From the NCBI GenBank assembly GCA_946965045.2, contig OX337230.1, positions 1,054,001 through 1,118,000 of the forward strand: a DNA stretch of 64,000 bases, written 5' to 3'. The position numbers were made by a program, and so were the translations under genes. Shown in pieces: positions 55,568 to 64,000 of this stretch. The notes beneath the pieces are model-generated. The model searched no databases and was not told the DNA's origin. It worked only from the letters and a program-made list of their open reading frames with translations. The stretch's first letter is position 1. The number at the start of each line of letters is the position of its first letter. The stretch is from Epithemia pelagica. Lineage: Eukaryota; Protista; Bacillariophyta.

Positions 55568-56011
55568 CTACTGTACTCCTAGAAATTGTCTCAATTGCCG
55601 TTCTATGCATCCAACTCGATAAGGTAGATCAACAGGAAAGCTCAGATTGCACAGTAGCTTTAGGCAATTCTCGATGCGTCGAGATTCACCCTCTCGCCCG
55701 GCGCCGTACGTTTCTCGTTCGTATGTGCTTTCCTCGTTCCATGCTAAAGAATACACGAGCCAGATCGGGCTGATGTCTCCGTGACCATCCTCTTCTAAGT
55801 AATAAATAGGAAATCGATATACGCCGGCGAAATATACTTAATCAAGCAAGACCAAAATATAGTGCGTTGTGTAACGATTGGTCACGCCAGAGATGGCACG
55901 AACGACAAGGCCATCACAAAGTTTGAATTGCAGATAGCGACAACAACAAGGCAACAGTGAACAATCAAGAACCGCAGCAATCATCTTGCACAAGGGGATC
56001 AAAAGAAGGAT

Positions 56012-58912
56012 TTGCATTCAATCATGGCACCGTCAAGAAAGAAGCACGAGAAATCAATCATGTTTAAAGAAGCCTTGTGGCCGTCCAAATCCATGTGGAG
56101 ACGTTTGCCGCCCACCCCGGAACAAGAGAAACAGCAACCGGCAAGAGCCAAAGATTCACAAAAACTCAAACAAAAGCAATCCGCCCTACCAACAGAAACC
56201 GCACAACAAAAACACAAACAAAAAGAACCTACAGAGCGGTCAGATAAAGAACAAGAACATATGCCAGGAATTGAAGCAACAAAAACCAATGAAGCATCAC
56301 ATCCAAAAGGAGAGAACAATGAACATGAACCATTGAAGCCACATCACCAACAAAAAGAGGAAGATCACATTAGCCCCGGAGAAAGTGTTCATAATACAAC
56401 TTTGACGGCTGAAGAAGACGTTCCCATCGTGTCAGAGCCTCCTAATAAGGATCCCCCTGAAGCTATGCCAGAAAATGAAACAGAAAGCGTGGCTCATAGC
56501 GACCTGGAACAAGAGCAAACCACTGAATCAATACCACCCAGTGGCCAACCCCAAAAGGACCCACCGACGAATGAACATGACGGCATCCAAGCAGATCTCG
56601 AAACCAGTTCTGTTACAACCTCTTCCGCAGAAACAGAAAAGGTACAAAACAAGAAAGCAATTTCCAGTAACGAGACAAAATCCTCAACTGAAAATCTGGA
56701 CAAGTCTCGTTTACTTGTTGTTGTAGACGCAAAGAAAGAAGATCCTTCAGGAACCAGCTCCATGGACACGGTCGCTTCAGCGGACGACGTAGAACCCGCC
56801 ATGGATACAAAACCAAGAATCCTTCCGGATCCACAGGAACGTGGTATAATGAGACTACTTTTGGTCAGCCCACCAAAACCAAAACGTCATCTACAATTGC
56901 AGCATCATGAAAGTGGTTCAAATCCAGGGATGACCCCATCTTGTGATCAGCCAGTTCACACGGCAGCACTTTTGAAGCCAGATGACGTTGAAGAGAACGA
57001 GAACATCCAAAACAGCTTGGCATCGCCATTTCGTCGACCGTCGCCCAGTGCACTGTTAGGTACGTCAAGTGAACACGAGACAGAGGAGATAGAAAGGAAG
57101 ACACTAAAGGCCAATGACGAGACAGTACTGAGCAAGCCTACTACATCCACTCGAGTGGTTGGGATAGACCCTCCGGACACGGAGCAAGAGACTGAAATTG
57201 AGTCCCCCATGCGGAAAGCAGACGATTCACCACAAAACGGTCCGTCAAGGGAAGATTGCGAACCTTGTTCCACAAAAGAACGAGATGTACCCACTGTCCA
57301 AATTCCTGAGCATCCATCTTCGCCTAAGCCATTGGGCAAAGCGTTGGGGGTCGACCCACCTGAAGAGGATGAAGCATTGGCCACGGACGATTCTCCAGCC
57401 GAACCTGAACATGAAATGAAGTCAACCGAAACACCATTTTTAGTGAGAAGATTAAAGGCATCGAAGTCGCCTTGTTCAAAAGAGCAAGCGCCAGATCAAA
57501 CCGATATTACTTTGAGCGCTGGTGACTGCTTGGATCAAAACCAACGATGTCACAGAGATCCCGACCAAGTCATTGCGGGTGTGGTGGTATCGGGAAACGA
57601 GAATAGTGCAACCGACCAATCGATTTCACAAGCCCCGTCAACGGGTAATGATGTGTCACCACAGCACCAAGAAGGTTCTATTGAACTGATTTCCCCTCCC
57701 AAACCTGCGAGGATGCTAGAACCGACTGGAGAAATGCATATAATGAAAACTAGTATTCCAAGTGAAAAGGCCGAAACAGAGCACTATGGAGAAATGAATG
57801 ATTCCAGCATGGAACGAGTGTTTGGACCGTACTTTCATAACATGAACAGTCAACAGATAGAGGTCGAACAACAGCAGGATGATCAGGATCGTCAACAAGA
57901 GGCTGAAAATGAGGTTCAGGGAATATCACCTCCCTGTTTTGTTCTTTCGAGCAGCGATGGAAGTTTCAACGAAATTTCCATTCGGTTGCTGGAACCCTCT
58001 GGAATCCTCAACACCACCCAAAACAACGACGCCTCGTTTTGCTCATCTCCAATTGATGTCTCGATGGCGACGCTAGTTTCTGCGGCAGGATCCAGACATC
58101 CTATCAACAATAGTCTCGAGGAAAACCCCGAAAACCACAACGAACTGGAAGATTCTAAGCTATCGAACCGAGTCACGGACTCAGCTGTCCCATCCGAAAG
58201 TCCTGGTGACAATGCAGAAGAAATTGTTTCTTCAGAGTCCAGCAAAGTTATCCACAAGTCCAATGAGCAATCCTCTCTCCCTGGATCCAACCGGAAAGCA
58301 GTTTCGACTGTTGCAATTCAATACAAGCCATCCAACCTAAAAGAATCGATGACAAATAGGATGGAAGCACTAGTAGAGGGGGAAGCCCAGCAACTTGGTG
58401 TCGTTGAGACATCGTCGCGGAGTCAGCAAGCAATTGATAAGAGAAAAGGTGTGAGATTTGATTTGCCATCCCCTGTTCGAGTCCAAGAAGAGACGGAGGC
58501 GATCGAGGTAGGGTGGTCTTCGCAGCCAAATATGACGAGTGACCCCAACAGCGATACAGCTATTATTTCCTGTCATGGCGAACATCGAGCGGTTATCCTT
58601 TCGCAACCAATTCCCCTGCGACGAAATATAACTCCTGACTACAACCACAACACAAGTAGCAGCTTTGCGGTGACCTCATCTACAGTCTCGGAAAGTCCCT
58701 TGTCGACCAAAGTCTTTCTCCCAGATTTTCCTTCCGCCTTTGTTGATCACGACTCGGATGAGGGGGATATGTCCGCCTTTATTAGTGTCCAGGATATTGA
58801 AGATCAAACAAGTTTTAGCTTGGCCACCTTTGTTTCGTGGGACTACATGGACGATGAACATACGAAGACTGGACAACAGAAGCAGCAAGTCTCTACCAAG
58901 GTCGCAGTGTGA
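56012..58912 (+). CDS. Hypothetical disordered Ser/Glu/Pro-rich protein (966 aa)
   Basis: 2.9-kb ATG-initiated ORF with no recognised domain. Confidence 0.75.
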   Translation: MHSIMAPSRKKHEKSIMFKEALWPSKSMWRRLPPTPEQEKQQPARAKDSQKLKQKQSALPTETAQQKHKQKEPTERSDKEQEHMPGIEATKTNEASHPKGENNEHEPLKPHHQQKEEDHISPGESVHNTTLTAEEDVPIVSEPPNKDPPEAMPENETESVAHSDLEQEQTTESIPPSGQPQKDPPTNEHDGIQADLETSSVTTSSAETEKVQNKKAISSNETKSSTENLDKSRLLVVVDAKKEDPSGTSSMDTVASADDVEPAMDTKPRILPDPQERGIMRLLLVSPPKPKRHLQLQHHESGSNPGMTPSCDQPVHTAALLKPDDVEENENIQNSLASPFRRPSPSALLGTSSEHETEEIERKTLKANDETVLSKPTTSTRVVGIDPPDTEQETEIESPMRKADDSPQNGPSREDCEPCSTKERDVPTVQIPEHPSSPKPLGKALGVDPPEEDEALATDDSPAEPEHEMKSTETPFLVRRLKASKSPCSKEQAPDQTDITLSAGDCLDQNQRCHRDPDQVIAGVVVSGNENSATDQSISQAPSTGNDVSPQHQEGSIELISPPKPARMLEPTGEMHIMKTSIPSEKAETEHYGEMNDSSMERVFGPYFHNMNSQQIEVEQQQDDQDRQQEAENEVQGISPPCFVLSSSDGSFNEISIRLLEPSGILNTTQNNDASFCSSPIDVSMATLVSAAGSRHPINNSLEENPENHNELEDSKLSNRVTDSAVPSESPGDNAEEIVSSESSKVIHKSNEQSSLPGSNRKAVSTVAIQYKPSNLKESMTNRMEALVEGEAQQLGVVETSSRSQQAIDKRKGVRFDLPSPVRVQEETEAIEVGWSSQPNMTSDPNSDTAIISCHGEHRAVILSQPIPLRRNITPDYNHNTSSSFAVTSSTVSESPLSTKVFLPDFPSAFVDHDSDEGDMSAFISVQDIEDQTSFSLATFVSWDYMDDEHTKTGQQKQQVSTKVAV

Positions 58913-59152
58913 TCTCGTTGTTCTACCATGCCAATACATGAGAGGTCAAGCACGCTTATCCAAATCAAGGAAAACTGTGAGTTCATCCGGAACTATACGA
59001 ACGTAGAACTTTATCTGGTGACTTCTTTTTAGTAATGGCGTAACCTGTACTACTATAATATTCTACAAAAGCATGCTGGTATCATAATGCTCGAACACTT
59101 GACTAACGCACGATGTATGTATTATCCCCAATTTGTATGCAAACAGACCTGA

Positions 59153-60941
59153 TCAGTAAGGGGATGGTGACTCAGGATTGCTTGTGCATGTTTCGTTCAC
59201 GGGTTCTTCATTCTGTGTTGATGAAGACGAATCCTGGGAAACAGTCCTGTTGTTCGACATCTCCGAGCGAGCAGTTGTCGGAGAACCACCAATCAACATG
59301 TTTGGTGGTGGGCGTTGGTGTGCCTCAGGAAGGAGCGTTCCCTGTTCAGTACCCAACACATTGTTTCGTAGAATCGTTTGCAATAACGTGGAAGGATCGT
59401 TGCCAGGGGGCGATAAGGAAGAAGATAGTTTGGTGCTATGGCTTTGCAAAATGTGAGAGAGCAACAATTGGTGTTCTTGAAGTTGTTGACTGCGTTTGTA
59501 CAGTTCTCGTTGGAGGATCCAGACCAAGTCTTCTGAAGAAGCAACGCTAACTGGAGCTCTTGCATCTTCGGGTGCCGGTTGTGGAGGCGCTAACTGCACG
59601 AGTAGAGCTGGCGATGATACGGGTGCTGGTATAGTGTTGGGTTGGTACGGCAGAGAAACCCTCGGCTGGGTGATAGTATACGCATGTGACGTTGTTGGAA
59701 CAGCGTGGAGTACCTGTCGTTGAGGGCAAGGTGGAACATGATAGTCTCCCATAGAAGTTGGATTGCTAGCAGCAACAGCACCAACACTGTTGCTAACAGT
59801 CGGAGGTGGGGGACCAGGGCTAGGAGACCGAACAGATTCACAATTTTTAGGATGTCCTCGAAAGGAATCTTGGGGTTCTGAAACAGAAGAAAGGATCATC
59901 GTCCGTCCTCTTTTCTGTGATCTGGCCTCTGAATCTTTGCGGTGATTGCAAGAAAAGGCTTGCTCGTAATGACGAGGAGGAGGAGGAGGTCCTCGCGCGG
60001 ACGAGGCGTATTGGCGCGGTTTGTCCCTAACTACTGCCACTGGTCCTTGTTGAGAATCTCGTAGATGAACAGGAAGTCTATTCGTCGCGGTTGGATCGAA
60101 TTGACTTTTCCGAAAGAAAACTCCGCCCTTCTCCTTGTCGCCATCGACCATGCCCATTTCCGTCGCAGAATCATAGTAGTATTGGGCGGTGGAAGAAGAA
60201 CACCCAGCAGGAACTTGTGAAAGTAGCTCTTCGTTGGCGTTGCGTTTTCTTTTCTTTTTCTTCTTTTCTTTTGTGCTATCCGAAGATTTTTTGTGTTCTT
60301 CAACGGTTCTTTCATAATCTTGACGAGCAGTTCCTTGGAGTCCCGGGCAGGCCATGAAATGGTCAATCTTCATGTCGGAAACGGAGTGATAAATTCGTCC
60401 AACAGATGTGGGGTAACATACTGCTCGCTTCACTCGTTTATGAGGAGGAAAGTGACGACAATGGATGCATCGAAGACCAACCTGCCCCTCACGAATACGA
60501 TTCTTGCGCCCCGGCGCTGGTTCGTTGATATCTTCTTTGGTCGCTTTAAAGACCTCTACTTGTCTTCGTATGCAAACATGCATCGAGTTCAAAACGGTAG
60601 TGTCCATAGGACGAGCCAGTAACAGTGTAAAACCTGATCCTTTCTTGCTATTCTTTGATGACTTTTTCTTGCTAATGGACGCAACAGGATCTCCTCCGTC
60701 CTTCTTGACGACAGGGACACTCGAAGCATGAGGAACATTTTCTGACCAAACGATAGTTGAGAAAATAAATTTCAAATGAGAAAAAGATTCTATTGCAAAA
60801 CGAATGCATATTGACACCGTGAACTGGAGCGTTCATATCCCAAGGTAAAGGTGGCATTACGCAAGGTTACTCCCTCCAGCTTCGCTTACCTTGTGTTCCT
60901 TTTCTTTGCCGGTCTCCATATACGATGGTCTCCGTCACCAT
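59153..60941 (-). CDS. Protein with a diatom-type CxxC domain (GQVGLRCIHC...YP...RIYHSVSDM..HF..CP), putative nuclear regulator; exons probably 60941-60890 and 60741-59153
   Basis: Conserved-looking Cys/His block, basic NLS-like KEKKKKKRKR and a Pro/Gln-rich tail. A GTAAGC..CAG intron restores the frame. Confidence 0.72.
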
Positions 60942-62299
60942 GTTGAAAGCGTATGGATGATTGAGTCTTCTTTATGACAAGAGTCGCTGAATGGATTTGA
61001 TCTTTTTCTTGCCGCTGCTCCGGAATCCCGAACTTTGACGGCCCAAACAATGGAAGGCCCCCGACAAAATTGAGTTTGGAGATTCATCAAGCGAATCCGA
61101 AGATGCGGCTTGTTCACTTATTACGACACAGTGAGGACTTCCAATTTTCTTCCGCAGCTGTGATCTGTGTACTCTGTGTGCTGAAGAACGACTGATTAGT
61201 AAGTGAGTAAAGCGTAAAGCTCGTAGGCGTCCCGGGTCCCGGGATTAGTCAGAGACTTTTTTCGGGTTCGCTTGAGTTTTGAGAGAGTGGAGACAACTCC
61301 AAGTCCCGAGTACCTACTCAGTGCCAGTCTAGTTTCTTGTTAGCTATTGTCTATTCAGTCTTAGCCTACCTAGCTAGTAGTTCTTCATCTACTCCTATGT
61401 CGCAAGAGGCATGATGTGTGTTGTGTTTGTATTGTAGTGTGTAGTGTGTAGGTGCAGTAGGTGGCGTATTGGTTGGTCTGGAGCGCTGTGAACGGTGCTG
61501 GGTGATCGACAGACGACGAACTACACCTTAGAATTACGCTACACATCCGATCAACGTACTCCTATGAGCAATCATACAACGGACGGAGAGTGGAGAGTGT
61601 TAGAGCGACCGCTTACAAAAGATTTCCCATTCTTATTTCTCTCTATTCTCTACTCTTCACAGTATTGTCACTTGCTCCTATCACAGTTATCTCTTTGGTA
61701 TTGTACAAGGTTCGTGGTGGTGTTTCTCTAGTCTCTAGCTAGAGGCTAGAGAGAGTAGAGAGTAGCGAGTAGAGAGTAGATTGGGGGCTTATTCTCCAAA
61801 ACAGATGTTCGGCCATCACAAACACATATAATATTATTATCGCATCATCATTATTCATCGCATCCATCATCCGTTGTGTCAAAATTGAGAAAAGTGCGTA
61901 ATGCGGTTTCTGCTTTCTAATTTCGCCACCTCTACCTAGTAGACTCTCTCTCTACTAGCTAGAGGACCTCAGAAAGCTCTCTCTATCATCTCCTCTCATA
62001 CTACTCCTACTAGAGACTAGTAGAGGTAGCTCTCTAGAGAAATAAGTGGTAGGAGTAGGAGTATGCTAATGCTAGAGAGGAGAAGGAGTTCTGAATGATA
62101 GCAGTCCATAGTCCATACTATTTTCTCCTTATTGGCAGTCAATACTCAATACTCAATGCTCAAGTCTTCTGATTTCTGATACATTCTATTTCAACGCTCC
62201 GCCTCCGCCGTGTATTACACGTCTACCTACTACCTACAATAGTGTTAGGAGTGTTGACGTTGACAGGTTGAGCATTGAGCATCAGGGTGTGGAAGTTAG

Positions 62300-62690
62300 A
62301 AAACTGGCTTAATAATTTAACTTTTAGACTTGAAGTCTATTAGAGAAACTAGTACAATTTGACTTCCTTCACCGTAATCTCAGTAACATTTACTGCAATT
62401 TAACTTCAACTAATCAATTCATAAGAACCACCTTACTGATTAGACTTTTAACTAATAATCTCAACACCGACACTTGCAATTTGACTTTATGTTGGGGCTA
62501 AGTTCTTATTTCTACTAAATTTGACTTAGACGAACTTACTCATTTATAAGTCTTACTAACAAAGTCACAACTTGACTTTGGAAGTCAAATCGGAGAACCT
62601 GTGCTTGTAACTTAACTTCATTCTCTCTCAGCCCATACTGACTTGACTTCAAGTTATAACTTCCACGATCAAAGTCCAACTTTACCATGT
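62300..62690. repeat. AT-rich array of short GACTT/AACTT and AAGTC motifs in both orientations
   Basis: Roughly 15-20 occurrences of (T)TGACTT, TAACTT or AAGTC(A) in ~400 bp, in a visibly more AT-rich stretch. Confidence 0.6.
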
Positions 62691-62943
62691 GTTTTGCGGC
62701 ACTCCCCACACCAAGCCAGACTAGTAATCAACCCTTTATTAGTTGTCTTATGATGGAATATGCACTCGAAGGAGTACACTGCGATTGCTGCCTTCTTCTC
62801 TCACTGAGGTGCGCTTAACAACAGTGTCTCTCATCGCAAACAAACACAACAGGCAACAAACAACAGGCAACGTCTCATACTTTCATATCTCCCAACTCCT
62901 AAGTCCTAAGTTCTATATACTTTACCCATCAATCCAAATCTGA

Positions 62944-64000
62944 ATGTCTGGCATTGATGATTACTCAATCACTCTCCACTCATCATGCCACCAAATCTTC
63001 ACCATCACCCATGTCCCTGTCTCTTTCATGACAATGATGGTCGAATTCTCATCTTCTTGTCAACACACCGCCAATGAGGAACCCAACAACACCTTACGGT
63101 CCATAAAAGACCATATTCTACTTTGGTTGAATCGGAACAATGGGAATCTAATTTACCAACAAGTTGACGTTGTCACAAAATCAAGTCATCCCTGTTCGTC
63201 ACCCATGCACATGACATTCGAGCAAATCCTATGGACTCTTTCCAAAATGGTGTATCACGGTTTATTCTCAAAACAAGACGACAAGACCGACTATACCTTC
63301 AACATAAAACCTCCTTCGGACAATCTACCATTCATATCTCTCACCGGACAATGCCGTCCCCAAATCACCCTCAATTCTACTTGCAGAGGATTCTCTTCCT
63401 TCCAACAGTTTCTTCAAAGCCATCTTTCCCCCGTGCCCACTGAACTTACCAAAGACAATGTCCGTTGGAATCTTTTAACATGGATGAATCGATTCAATTC
63501 CAAAATCTCAGTCAGGAATTGTCATACATACCATTCTGAGCAGCCCATTTCAATCACTCCGAGCCTTGATGTCATAGTGAAAGAAAGTATGGCTTTAATG
63601 GTATCCCCAATGGATGCTGACTCCAATGTATATGCACAATGCGACGAAGGACCAACATTTCCAAGCGAAGAATCACCAGTGGTACTACCAACAACTCCAA
63701 TTATTGCTGGTCCTCCCCAGACTCCACCCTCGATGTCGTACTGGAGAGCCAGACAAAATTCACCGACAGCATATATACTGACCCGACAAAGAAAGACAGT
63801 TCTTTGCCACGCTCTTTTAGAAGCATCAGTTTCCAAAGGACCTATCGATTATGATGACGGTACACGGCACATGCCCGGCCAACCTGCCTTGACCAAACCT
63901 CCCATTCAAATCAAGCAAAGGCATTCTACTTGGCTTAATCAATCAACAATCAACAACAGATTGGTGTTGTTAGACAATTTATTGAAGCTACGTGAGACTT
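62944..64000 (+). CDS. ORF absent from the track (at least 352 aa, runs off the window), unknown protein, possibly the first ORF of another mobile element
   Basis: Hand translation from ATG 62944 (MSGIDDYSITLHSSCHQIF...LLDNLLKLRET) has no stop up to base 64000. It was probably omitted because the stop is outside the window. Confidence 0.7.
   Translation, partial: MSGIDDYSITLHSSCHQIFTITHVPVSFMTMMVEFSSSCQHTANEEPNNTLRSIKDHILLWLNRNNGNLIYQQVDVVTKSSHPCSSPMHMTFEQILWTLSKMVYHGLFSKQDDKTDYTFNIKPPSDNLPFISLTGQCRPQITLNSTCRGFSSFQQFLQSHLSPVPTELTKDNVRWNLLTWMNRFNSKISVRNCHTYHSEQPISITPSLDVIVKESMALMVSPMDADSNVYAQCDEGPTFPSEESPVVLPTTPIIAGPPQTPPSMSYWRARQNSPTAYILTRQRKTVLCHALLEASVSKGPIDYDDGTRHMPGQPALTKPPIQIKQRHSTWLNQSTINNRLVLLDNLLKLRET

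Overview
Eukaryotic, almost certainly diatom (probably raphid pennate) nuclear DNA. The inference rests on a CoDi-type copia element, short GT-AG introns, a diatom-type CxxC-domain gene and choice-of-anchor A adhesive-like genes. (1) 1-8311: a young, apparently intact Ty1/copia (CoDi-like) LTR retrotransposon on the minus strand, with 783-bp LTRs (the 3' LTR runs off the window), a chromodomain-like integrase tail, an extra 259-aa ORF upstream of gag-pol and a PBS that looks like an internal tRNA-Asn fragment. (2) About 9.7-26.6 kb: a nested palindrome array, two large low-complexity host genes, a TPR/tail-anchored gene and a small multi-exon gene. (3) 26.9-47.2 kb: two paralogous secreted PT-stalk/Cys-domain/choice-of-anchor-A genes, same strand, about 16.8 kb apart. 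Between them lie an intact tyrosine-recombinase (Ngaro/DIRS-class) retrotransposon and a TA-flanked non-autonomous TIR element. The YR element has gag and RT-RNase H ORFs in the same frame, separated by a single UGA, and sits in an unusual repeat layout (X-Y-Z-Y-ORFs-Z) that mirrors canonical split direct repeats. (4) 48.7-61 kb: a nucleotide-sugar transporter, SBPase with no evident plastid presequence, and hypothetical genes. (5) 62.3-64 kb: an AT-rich GACTT motif array followed by an ORF missing from the track that runs off the window. The most promising novel system is the YR retrotransposon (repeat architecture plus candidate stop-codon readthrough). All exon models and coordinates were derived by hand; no database searches were run.
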